The notes below the pieces were generated by a model. It saw only the letters and a list, made by a program, of their open reading frames with translations. It was not told the origin of the DNA and made no database searches. From Candidatus Krumholzibacteriota bacterium (GTDB lineage: Bacteria > Krumholzibacteriota > Krumholzibacteriia > JAJRXK01): a DNA stretch of 64,000 nt. The translations under genes were made by a program, and so were the position numbers. Below are positions 28,399 through 37,228 of the stretch, piece by piece. The stretch covers positions 416,001-480,000 of the forward strand of contig CAVSGG010000005.1 of NCBI GenBank assembly GCA_963727455.1. Direction: 5' to 3'. How positions within the stretch are numbered: the first letter of the stretch is position 1; each line of letters begins with the position of its first letter.

Positions 28399-29772
28399 AT
28401 GATCGAAAAAGTTCTCGTGGCCAATCGGGGGGAAATTGCCCTGAGAGTCATGCGTGCTTGCCGCGAGTTGGGAATCAAATGTGTTGCCGTTCATTCCAGT
28501 GTCGATGCGGATTCGCTCCACGTGAAGTTCGCGGACGAATCGGTGTGCATAGGCGGACACCTGGCGTCCGAGAGCTATCTGAACATCCCCCGCATCATGG
28601 CGGCGGCCGAGATCACCGGAGCAGATGCGGTCCACCCGGGCTACGGTTTCTTGGCCGAGAATGCCGAATTCGCGGAGATCGTACGCTCCTGCGAACTCGT
28701 TTGGATCGGTCCCTCGCCCGAAGTCATCGCGCGCATGGGCGACAAGAACGCAGCACGTGATGCGGCGCGTGCGGCCAACGTTCCCATCGTCCCCGGTTCG
28801 AAGGGACTGGTGGCCGATGCGGACGAGGCAGCCAAGGTGGCCGAAGGAATCGGCTATCCGGTCATGCTCAAAGCAGTGGCGGGGGGAGGCGGAAAGGGAA
28901 TGCGCCCAGCCATGGACGAAGACCAGCTTCGCAAGGCCTTCGTCACCGCGTCCAATGAAGCGGCCACCGCATTCAAGAACGGCGATCTCTATCTGGAAAA
29001 ATTGGTCTTGAGGCCTCGGCACGTGGAAATTCAGATCCTGGGTGATAGCTACGGAAACTTGCTGCATCTGGGCGAGCGTGACTGTTCGATCCAGCGACGT
29101 CATCAAAAGCTCATGGAGGAGGCTCCGTCACCCGCCGTCAACGAAGCACTGCGCGCGCGCATGGGAGAGGCCGCTCTGCGACTCGCGCGTCAAGTCGACT
29201 ACGTCTCGGCGGGCACTCTCGAGTTTCTCCTCGATGCCTCGGGCGAATTCTACTTCATGGAAATGAACACGCGGATCCAGGTCGAGCATCCGGTGACTGA
29301 GATGGTGACGGGCCTGGACATCGTGAAGGAACAGATTCGCGTCGCGGCCGGCGAGAAGCTGCGCCACACTCAGGAAGACATCGTGATTCGGGGGCACGCA
29401 ATCGAGTGCCGCATCAACGCCGAAGATCCTTCGCGCAACTTCGCCCCCTGTCCGGGCAAGATCATGACCCTGCATCCTCCGGGAGGCCCGGGGGTGCGGC
29501 TCGACACGCACATCTACGCCGACTTTGTGGTGAGTCCGCACTACGATTCCCTGCTGGCGAAGCTCATCTGTCACGGCCAGGATCGCGAGGAAGCGATTGC
29601 GCGTATGCAGCGCGCGCTGAGCGAGATGGTGATCGAGGGCACGGCCACCACCATTCCTTTCCATCTGCAGGTGCTCGCGGACCCGATTTTCCAGAGGGGA
29701 GAGGCGACGACAGCTTACCTCGAAGATCGTATGCAGAGTCTGAAGGAGTCTCTGGAGCTCAGCGAGGCCTAA
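28399..29772 (+). CDS. accC: Acetyl-CoA carboxylase biotin carboxylase
   Basis: [49 protein letters not shown]. Confidence 0.97.
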   Translation: MIEKVLVANRGEIALRVMRACRELGIKCVAVHSSVDADSLHVKFADESVCIGGHLASESYLNIPRIMAAAEITGADAVHPGYGFLAENAEFAEIVRSCELVWIGPSPEVIARMGDKNAARDAARAANVPIVPGSKGLVADADEAAKVAEGIGYPVMLKAVAGGGGKGMRPAMDEDQLRKAFVTASNEAATAFKNGDLYLEKLVLRPRHVEIQILGDSYGNLLHLGERDCSIQRRHQKLMEEAPSPAVNEALRARMGEAALRLARQVDYVSAGTLEFLLDASGEFYFMEMNTRIQVEHPVTEMVTGLDIVKEQIRVAAGEKLRHTQEDIVIRGHAIECRINAEDPSRNFAPCPGKIMTLHPPGGPGVRLDTHIYADFVVSPHYDSLLAKLICHGQDREEAIARMQRALSEMVIEGTATTIPFHLQVLADPIFQRGEATTAYLEDRMQSLKESLELSEA

Positions 29773-29776
29773 TCCA

Positions 29777-30427
29777 GTGGCGCACCCCTTCAAGGAGCGG
29801 CTGCTTCGGCCGCCGCGCTTGCTCTATGCCATTCTGGATGCAGGTCTCTGCCCCGGCGCGGAGCTTGTCGCGACCGGGAACGAACTGCTGGAGGCCGGGA
29901 TCGACCTTCTGCAGCTCCGTGCGAAAGGGCTACCCGCGGGGGAGTTTCTCGAGGCCGCGCGGCAACTCGTGCCCTACTGTCGGCGGCATGGGGTGCCCTT
30001 CCTCGTGAACGACCGTCTGGACCTCGCACTGGCCGCCGGGGCGGACGGGGTCCACCTGGGGACTTCGGATCTGCCCTATCCGGCGGCGCGCGAGCTTCTG
30101 GGGAACGAGCTGCTTCTCGGTTGCTCCACCCACGATTTGCGCGAAATTCGCCAGGCGGAGGGGTTGGCGGACTACTTGGGCTTCGGAGCCATGTTTGCCA
30201 CGAAAACGCGCTCAGACAGCCGGATTCGCGGTCCGCAAGCGTTGACCGAGGCAGTGGCGGCCACTACACTGCCGATATTCGCGATCGGCGGAATCGAGGC
30301 CGCGAAACTCGGGCAACTCAGAGGCTGTGGGATGGCGGGGATCGCCGTCGCATCGGCACTACTCGAGGGGCCCTCGCGCCGCGCTGCGGTGGGGCGCTTG
30401 CGAGAGGTCCTGCAAACCCTAGGCTGA
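29777..30427 (+). CDS. thiE: Thiamine-phosphate synthase
   Basis: QLRAK, VNDRLDLA, DGVHLG, STH, AIGGI. Confidence 0.9.
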   Translation: MAHPFKERLLRPPRLLYAILDAGLCPGAELVATGNELLEAGIDLLQLRAKGLPAGEFLEAARQLVPYCRRHGVPFLVNDRLDLALAAGADGVHLGTSDLPYPAARELLGNELLLGCSTHDLREIRQAEGLADYLGFGAMFATKTRSDSRIRGPQALTEAVAATTLPIFAIGGIEAAKLGQLRGCGMAGIAVASALLEGPSRRAAVGRLREVLQTLG

Positions 30428-30445
30428 CGTCTACCGGCAATTCGA

Positions 30446-32854
30446 GTGAAGAAGAGCAATCTAACTTTGGCCAAGGTCCTCCTCTCGGGCCTGTTGAGTC
30501 TGTTTCTCGCGGTATCGTGCTTCGTGGCTCGCCCCGGTGTGCCTGCCAGCTTCTCCAGCGCGCTGCGACTGGCCTTTGGTCCCGAAGCCGGAGTGGTCGG
30601 CCCAGTGGGAGAGGTCCTGGCCGCAGTAGCCGCATGGGCCCTGGGCCCCTGGTTCCGTTGGCTATTGGTTCTGGTGCCCTGGGCCTGGCTGCCCTTCCAG
30701 CGCTCCAGGGCCAAGCAGAGGCGTCTGGCCGGTCGCCGTGCCGCCTTCGCTGCCTTGGTCACGGTCCTAGCGCTGATGCTCTTGGGCCATCCCATCCTGC
30801 AGCGGGCCGGAGTTCCCGCGCGTGCCGGGGGTAGTCTGGGGGCAATCCTCCATCAGGCGGTGGAGTCCGTCCTAGGCGCGCTGGGAGCGTTCCTCATCCC
30901 GGCTGGCATCCTGGCGTTTCTCTTGATCCGGATCCTGCCACCCCTTCGGGTAGAACTGCCCTTCCTGGATCGAACCCAAGAGCTGCTGGAGGGTTGGGGA
31001 CGCATGCTCTCCTCGGCTGGTTTGGCTTTGGCCCGAGTGTGGCGCGCGGCTGGGAATGCCACGGGCGCGCTCGGGGAGCGTTGGCGTGCGCGACGCCAGG
31101 AGGCCAAGGAGAGACACGCCACAGAGGGCCGACGTGGTCAGCCCGAGATCATCTCCTTTCATCCCCACCAGAGTGAAGACCTGGAGGAAGCTGCTCGCGA
31201 TTCCGCCGGGCAAGCGGCCCGGAATGAATTCGACTTGGAGCGGCAGGAGGCCGCGAATCTGCTCGACGAATTGGGATTGCAGGACGCGGCGGAGGCCATG
31301 GATCCGGAGGATGCGGAGCTTGCCGAAGCGGAAGGCGCCCCCGATTTCTCACTCAGCCGGGATCCCAGCGAGCTGACGAAAGAAGAGCGCGCGAAGCGCC
31401 GCCGCCGCCGCCGTGGCGCGTATCCCCTGCCCCCGCTGGAGACCTTGGACGACGTACCGAAAGAGAGCCGCGGATTCTCCCGCGAAGCGCTGCAAATGAA
31501 CGCGCAGCTGCTCATGGATACGCTGGCTAGTTTTGGGATCGAGGGACGGATCAACGAGATCCGTCCCGGACCGGTGGTGACTACTTTCGAATTTGAGCCC
31601 GACCGTGGAGTGAGGGTAAGCCAAATTACCAGCCGCTCCGACGATATCGCCCTCGCCATGCGCGCGATCCGGATCCGGATCGAGGCCCCGATTCCGGGCA
31701 AGGCGGCGGTGGGGATCGAGGTCCCGAATCCCTTCCCGCAGACGGTGACCCTGAAAGAAGTTCTGGGCAGCCTGGAACGCGACGATACACTGCCGGCCCT
31801 GACCGTTGGTCTGGGCAAGGACACCGAAGGCAACCCGGTGACCGCGGATCTCGCCGACATGCCCCATCTTTTGGTGGCGGGCGCGACGGGGAGCGGTAAG
31901 AGCGTCTGCCTCAATTCTCTGATTTGCAGTCTCCTATTGCGCAACGGTCCCGACCGAGTACGTCTGCTCCTGATCGATCCCAAGATGCTGGAGCTTTCCA
32001 CCTACAACGGAATTCCTCATCTTCTGCATCCGGTCATCACCGATCCAAAAGAGGCATTGAAAGCGCTGAAGCTCATGGTGGTGGAGATGACCGTGCGCTA
32101 CAACAGCCTGGCCAAGCACGGTGTACGCAACATCCACGAATACAACGCCAAGGTGAAGGCGGGAAAGATCAAGGACGCCGAAGGAGCAAAGGTCGAGGAT
32201 GCGATGAACTACATCGTCATCATCGTCGACGAGCTCGCGGATCTCATGATGCTGTTGGGGTCGGAGCTGGAGACTCCGATCGCGCGCCTGGCTCAGATGG
32301 CGCGCGCGGTGGGAATTCATCTGGTTCTCGCCACGCAACGTCCCTCGGTGAACGTGATCACTGGAGTCATCAAGGCTAATTTTCCTTCGCGGATCGGGTT
32401 TCGAGTCATCTCGAAAGTGGACAGTCGGACCATCCTCGACGTGATGGGAGCGGAGGCGCTTTTGGGGAAGGGCGACAGCCTGTTTATCATGGGGGGAATG
32501 TCACAACCCAAGCGCGTGCACGGTGCATTCCTGAGTACGGAGGAGTGTGAGAGGATCGCCGAACACTGGATACCCTTGGCCGAGGAAGTCGCTCATCTGG
32601 ATCTCATGGACGCCGATTCGGTAAAGAGCGCCCTCGATCTGGGAGAGGATGATCTGCTGGAGGATGCCCGTCGGATCGTCGTGCTCGCCCAGAGCGGTTC
32701 CACCAGCATGCTGCAGCGGAAACTCCGCGTGGGGTACACCCGCGCCGCTCGCCTCATGGACATGCTGGAGGAGTTGGGAGTCGTGGGTCCCTTCGAGGGT
32801 TCCAAGGCCCGCGAAGTGCTCGTGAGTCCCGAGGAATTCGAGGCCGAGGGATGA
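30446..32854 (+). CDS. ftsK: DNA translocase FtsK
   Basis: N-terminal TM segments; PHLLVAGATGSGKSV, DELADLM, ATQRPSV; gamma domain LQRKLRVGYTRAARL. Confidence 0.96.
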   Translation: MKKSNLTLAKVLLSGLLSLFLAVSCFVARPGVPASFSSALRLAFGPEAGVVGPVGEVLAAVAAWALGPWFRWLLVLVPWAWLPFQRSRAKQRRLAGRRAAFAALVTVLALMLLGHPILQRAGVPARAGGSLGAILHQAVESVLGALGAFLIPAGILAFLLIRILPPLRVELPFLDRTQELLEGWGRMLSSAGLALARVWRAAGNATGALGERWRARRQEAKERHATEGRRGQPEIISFHPHQSEDLEEAARDSAGQAARNEFDLERQEAANLLDELGLQDAAEAMDPEDAELAEAEGAPDFSLSRDPSELTKEERAKRRRRRRGAYPLPPLETLDDVPKESRGFSREALQMNAQLLMDTLASFGIEGRINEIRPGPVVTTFEFEPDRGVRVSQITSRSDDIALAMRAIRIRIEAPIPGKAAVGIEVPNPFPQTVTLKEVLGSLERDDTLPALTVGLGKDTEGNPVTADLADMPHLLVAGATGSGKSVCLNSLICSLLLRNGPDRVRLLLIDPKMLELSTYNGIPHLLHPVITDPKEALKALKLMVVEMTVRYNSLAKHGVRNIHEYNAKVKAGKIKDAEGAKVEDAMNYIVIIVDELADLMMLLGSELETPIARLAQMARAVGIHLVLATQRPSVNVITGVIKANFPSRIGFRVISKVDSRTILDVMGAEALLGKGDSLFIMGGMSQPKRVHGAFLSTEECERIAEHWIPLAEEVAHLDLMDADSVKSALDLGEDDLLEDARRIVVLAQSGSTSMLQRKLRVGYTRAARLMDMLEELGVVGPFEGSKAREVLVSPEEFEAEG

Positions 32855-34248
32855 CCTCATCGCCGCGCGTATATCTCGAGACCTTGGGCTGCGAGAAGAA
32901 CCTCGTCGATTCGCAGGCGGCGATGGGTCTTCTGCAACAACGGGGCTTTCGACCGGCCGAGAGTCCCGGGGACGCCGAGCTGGTGGTGCTCAACACCTGC
33001 GGTTTCCTGGCGGCCGCGCGCAACGAATCGATGGAGCGGATTCGAGAGCTTGCCCTGCTCAAGGGGAACGCGAAGTTCGTGGTGATGGGATGTTTCGTCC
33101 AGGGACAGACTCATCCCATCATGGATCTGGTGCCCCAGGTGGACCATGTTCTGGGAGTTGGCCAGTACGACAAGTTGGAAGAGCTCTTTGGCGAGGCTTC
33201 GACGAGTTTTCCTCTCGCCGCTCCCGAGGAGGCGCCCTACGCGGGTTACGGGGTGCGAAGCCCGGGCAGGTTGCGCCACGTAGCGCACATCAAGATCGCC
33301 GAGGGCTGCAATCAGAGCTGTTCCTTCTGCAAGATCCCCGTATTGAGAGGAAAGCAGCGCAGCCGCCCCATAGAGCAGATCGTGCAGGAGGCGCGGTCGC
33401 TGGTGGCAGGTGGCGTCAGAGAGCTCATCTTGATCGCACAGAACACTTCCGCCTACGGGGTGGACCTGCCGGGCAAGCCGCGGCTCGGCGAGCTGTGCCG
33501 GGCCCTGGACTCGATCGAGGATCTGCGCTGGATTCGCATCATGTACGCCTACCCGCCGATGTTCACTGACGAACTCATGCGCGAGGTCTACGAGGTCGAC
33601 AAGGTGGTTTCCTATCTCGACATCCCCATCCAGCACGCGTCCTCTCGCATTCTCAAGGCCATGGGTAGGGGGTACGACCCGGAGCGGCTGCGTCGCCAGA
33701 TCGAAGCTCTCCGCGAGCTGCGCCCTGAGATCATGCTTCGCACCACGGCTCTGTTGGGCTTTCCGGGGGAGGAAGAGGAGGATGTGGTTCGCTTGCTCGA
33801 TTTCTTGGCCGAAGTGAGTTTCGACCATCTAGTCACCTTCGCCTACAGCCACGAGGAACAGACCTCTGCCTACGCGCTGAGGGATGAAATCGATCCCGCG
33901 GAAAAGGAAGATCGTCGCGCGAGGGTGGAGGACCTGGGTTGGGACCTCGCGCTGGAACGCAAGCGCAGGCTCCTGGGTAAAAAGCTCTCGGTCGTGGTCG
34001 ACGAAGTCTACGACAGCGCAGAGGAGGCCGATTTGAGCACCTTGCCGCTGGATATAACAGAGGAGCTCAGGGCGGACCAGCCGGTGGCGTTTGCTCGCAG
34101 CGAAGGATTTTGCGAGGGTATCGATGGAGGAATTTGGCTGGCGGGAGAGGGGCTCTCTGCGGGCCAAATGCTGGAGGTCACTCCAAAATTTTGCGGACCC
34201 TATGACCTGTGGGCACACGCAGCGGACCCAGCCGGGAGATTGGCATGA
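32851..34248 (+). CDS. rimO: Ribosomal protein S12 methylthiotransferase
   Basis: LGCEKNLVDS, NTCGF, KIAEGCNQSCSFC radical SAM motif, YLDIPIQH. Confidence 0.9.
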   Translation: MTSSPRVYLETLGCEKNLVDSQAAMGLLQQRGFRPAESPGDAELVVLNTCGFLAAARNESMERIRELALLKGNAKFVVMGCFVQGQTHPIMDLVPQVDHVLGVGQYDKLEELFGEASTSFPLAAPEEAPYAGYGVRSPGRLRHVAHIKIAEGCNQSCSFCKIPVLRGKQRSRPIEQIVQEARSLVAGGVRELILIAQNTSAYGVDLPGKPRLGELCRALDSIEDLRWIRIMYAYPPMFTDELMREVYEVDKVVSYLDIPIQHASSRILKAMGRGYDPERLRRQIEALRELRPEIMLRTTALLGFPGEEEEDVVRLLDFLAEVSFDHLVTFAYSHEEQTSAYALRDEIDPAEKEDRRARVEDLGWDLALERKRRLLGKKLSVVVDEVYDSAEEADLSTLPLDITEELRADQPVAFARSEGFCEGIDGGIWLAGEGLSAGQMLEVTPKFCGPYDLWAHAADPAGRLA

Positions 34249-34898
34249 TACGGACGATTCTGTTGCTCCTGACACTTTCGTTGGCGTTGGGATCCTACGC
34301 CGCCGTGAGCCGGGCGGCGGTGCCGCTCAGCAATCGCGAACTCGTGGAGAAGGCGACGGCGGATCTTAGCAAGCAGGTGGAGAAGATAGTGGTCGAGAAA
34401 GTCGACGACACTCCGAAGATCGCGCTGCGGGCGAGCCTGGCTTCCGGCTTCAACGAGACCTTTCAGGACGCCTTGGCTCCGGCGCTCCTGGACCGTGGAT
34501 TCGACGTGTGGATTCTGAAGGAGGGTCAGGATGCACAACCCGGCGCGCTGGTGCTGGAATACAAATTGTTGCAGGCATCGCTGCGCTATCCCGCGGAACG
34601 CCACGGATTTCTCGGCCTCGGTACACCCACGATCGGGAGGGTTCTCGATATGGAAATGGACGGTCGTCTCGAGTCTCCCAAGGACGGCCGTCTCTTCTGG
34701 CAGGGCAAGGCTACCACGCAGATTTCGGATCGGATCGCGCTCAACCAACTAGCATCGGCGAAGACCGGGCAGCCAAGCTGGGTGAGCGGTCCGGGGCCGG
34801 ATACCACCACGGACTCTCATGCAGGCTTTCTCGAGAAACTCACGATCGCGGGACTCGTGGGAGCCGTCGTGACGCTCTATATCTCGGGGGCGCAATGA
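34245..34898 (+). CDS. Hypothetical exported protein with hydrophobic C-terminal tail
   Basis: Signal peptide from ATG 34245; ATGA overlaps at both ends. Confidence 0.7.
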   Translation: MIRTILLLLTLSLALGSYAAVSRAAVPLSNRELVEKATADLSKQVEKIVVEKVDDTPKIALRASLASGFNETFQDALAPALLDRGFDVWILKEGQDAQPGALVLEYKLLQASLRYPAERHGFLGLGTPTIGRVLDMEMDGRLESPKDGRLFWQGKATTQISDRIALNQLASAKTGQPSWVSGPGPDTTTDSHAGFLEKLTIAGLVGAVVTLYISGAQ

Positions 34899-35842
34899 TC
34901 ATGTACAGTTCCAAGTCCACTCTCTCCGTTTGGGCGCTCTCGCTCGCGGCGCTTCTCTCGCTCTTCGCATGCGGGAAAAATGCGTCGCCGAACCACGATG
35001 AGGAGTTCCGCGCGCTTGCGGACAAGAAGGATTACAAGGAGATCGAGGCCAGAATCGAGCTGTACCAAAAAAAGGGGGAACACGGAGCCAAGTTGGATTA
35101 CTGGAAGGGGGTTGTCCTCTTGCAGCAGGATCAGGACGTTCCGGCCAAGCGAGCCTTCGAGCAGGCGGTGGCAGCGGATTCGAGTCTGGCCTTCGACGCG
35201 GCCAGCCAGTACCGCGAAGCCGCCGAGCAGGATCTGAAGAACGGCTGGAAAGGGCGCGGGGCACACCGCCTCGAGCAAGCGTATCTCTGGGACCACAAGC
35301 CGCAAATGGGGGATCTCGAACTGGATGTCGCCAAGCTCCTCTACGACGGCAAGAAATACAAGCTGGTTATTCCCGTACTACAGGACTTGCTCACGCGGGG
35401 CGGTGCGAGCGCGACCAATCAGCAACGCTGGAGATATCTCCTGGGTCGCAGCTACGAGGAATCCGGTCTCCCCGAGGCGGGACTGGCGCAGTATCGCCAG
35501 TACTGGGCGGATTGGCGAGACGAACCCGAAAGCGTGTGGCGCGATCGTGTTTCCTATCGCAGCGGCATCATCCTGCTCGCTCAGGCCAAAGACCAGAGAG
35601 AGCGGGGATTTGCATCAGCGGCCCTCAAACTCCTGGACGAGGTTCATCAGATGCGTTGTGAAATCGACCAGCAGGCAGAAGCATATTACGAGGCGGGTCT
35701 CTGCTACGAGGCCTTGGGACAACCCCAGGAGGCGCTTGCGAGTTATCGACGCTGTCTGGATCTTCCTAGAAACGCGGGCGGAAACGGTAGAGATGAAGCG
35801 AGGAAACGTATCGTCGAGCTCAGGGCTTCCAGTGTTCACTAG
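34895..35842 (+). CDS. TPR-repeat lipoprotein
   Basis: Lipobox LFAC; TPR motifs such as AYYEAGLCYEALG. Confidence 0.75.
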   Translation: MIMYSSKSTLSVWALSLAALLSLFACGKNASPNHDEEFRALADKKDYKEIEARIELYQKKGEHGAKLDYWKGVVLLQQDQDVPAKRAFEQAVAADSSLAFDAASQYREAAEQDLKNGWKGRGAHRLEQAYLWDHKPQMGDLELDVAKLLYDGKKYKLVIPVLQDLLTRGGASATNQQRWRYLLGRSYEESGLPEAGLAQYRQYWADWRDEPESVWRDRVSYRSGIILLAQAKDQRERGFASAALKLLDEVHQMRCEIDQQAEAYYEAGLCYEALGQPQEALASYRRCLDLPRNAGGNGRDEARKRIVELRASSVH

Positions 35843-36605
35843 GCCTCGCTCTCATTTGCTGGCGTTTCTCTCGGTGCTTCTGCTCGGAACTGGGCTGGGA
35901 TGCAGCCATCCTTGGAATGCCCTGCCGGAAGGAAGCTACGAGCGCGGGAAAGCCGAGGCAGAGGGTGGCGCTACGCTGGACGCGATCGAGGACCTGAAGC
36001 TGTTCATTCGCAGGAACCCACAGGATCCGCTGGCTGACGACGCGCAATTTCTGGTCGGGCAATCTTACATGGAAACCGAGGATTATCCGGTGGCCGCTGT
36101 CGAGTTCGAGATCATGCAGGTGGACTATCCGAGCAGTGAGTTGGCCGATGATGCGGCCTACCTCGAGGCATTGAGCTACGTGAGGCAAGTCCCCGATTAC
36201 CGCCTCGATCAAACCATCACCAAGACGGCGATGGACAAACTCAACCACTACCTGAAGACCTATCCTTCCGGTAAGCACGTGAAGGAGGCGCATGACGAAC
36301 TCGATCAACTCCAGACCAAGCTCGACCGCAAACATCTCGATGCCGCCGCTTTCTACAAGCGGAGAGGTCAATTGGCGGCGGCGGACCAGGTCCTGGAGAA
36401 CCTCCTGCAGGAGAGCCCCAATTCGAAACTGCGGCCACGAATCCTGATGATGAAGGGACAGACGGATTTCAAGCTAAAGAACTACGAAGATGCGGTGGCG
36501 GCGCTCCGTGAGCTCGTGGACCGCTGGCCCGATTCCGCGGATCGGGGAAAGGCTGAAAGGCTGCTGAAGAAGGCACAGAAGGCGGCCGGGGGAGACGCTT
36601 CATGA
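35832..36605 (+). CDS. bamD: Outer membrane protein assembly factor BamD
   Basis: Lipobox LGC; ADDAQF, DYPSS, DQTITK.A, YLKTYPSG, AAFYKRRG; start uncertain (GTG 35832). Confidence 0.85.
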   Translation: MFTRPRSHLLAFLSVLLLGTGLGCSHPWNALPEGSYERGKAEAEGGATLDAIEDLKLFIRRNPQDPLADDAQFLVGQSYMETEDYPVAAVEFEIMQVDYPSSELADDAAYLEALSYVRQVPDYRLDQTITKTAMDKLNHYLKTYPSGKHVKEAHDELDQLQTKLDRKHLDAAAFYKRRGQLAAADQVLENLLQESPNSKLRPRILMMKGQTDFKLKNYEDAVAALRELVDRWPDSADRGKAERLLKKAQKAAGGDAS

Positions 36606-37228
36606 CGCGGCACGGGATTGGACTTTTCGGAGGCACTTTCGATCCGGTTCACGATGCGCATCTGGAACTGGCGCGGCGGGCCAAGAAGCAACTCTCCTTG
36701 CGGGAGGTGTGGTTCGTGCCAGCCTGGCAGCCGCCTCACAAGTCCGAGCAGCTCCTGAGCCCCGCAGAGGATCGTTTGGCGATGTTGGAGCTCGCGATCG
36801 AAGGGCACAAGGGGCTGGCCATCTGCACCATCGAGATCGAGCAGCAGGAAGTGGCCTATTCGGTACAGACGGTCGATGCGCTCACGCACACCCATCCAGG
36901 GGCGCGCTTCTATCTTCTCTTGGGAGAGGACAGCCTACGCGAGCTTCCGCGCTGGAGGGAGCCCAGACGGCTCTTGCAGATGGCTCCGCCCGTCGTCATG
37001 CCGCGTTCGGTCGATCTCAGGCGCAGCGGGGCCTTCGGCGAGGGAGGGCGTCGCATGTCCGCGGTCATGGGTAGCTCGATCCTCTGGCTCACCGGACCGC
37101 CGCTGAATGTCTCTTCGACGGACCTGCGCGCGAGCCTGGCCCGCGGAGAGCGACCCAACGGAATGAACCCCAAGGTCCTCGACTACATCGAGAAGCAGGG
37201 TCTCTATCGCGAGCACATACTTCCGTGA
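36602..37228 (+). CDS. nadD: Nicotinate-nucleotide adenylyltransferase
   Basis: GLFGGTFDPVHDAH, PPHK, GEDS, SSTDLR, YIEKQGLY. Confidence 0.94.
   Translation: MTRHGIGLFGGTFDPVHDAHLELARRAKKQLSLREVWFVPAWQPPHKSEQLLSPAEDRLAMLELAIEGHKGLAICTIEIEQQEVAYSVQTVDALTHTHPGARFYLLLGEDSLRELPRWREPRRLLQMAPPVVMPRSVDLRRSGAFGEGGRRMSAVMGSSILWLTGPPLNVSSTDLRASLARGERPNGMNPKVLDYIEKQGLYREHILP

Noticed and set aside
31386-31416. (CGC)n run in ftsK
   Set aside because: Encodes a poly-Arg stretch in the FtsK linker; not an independent repeat element
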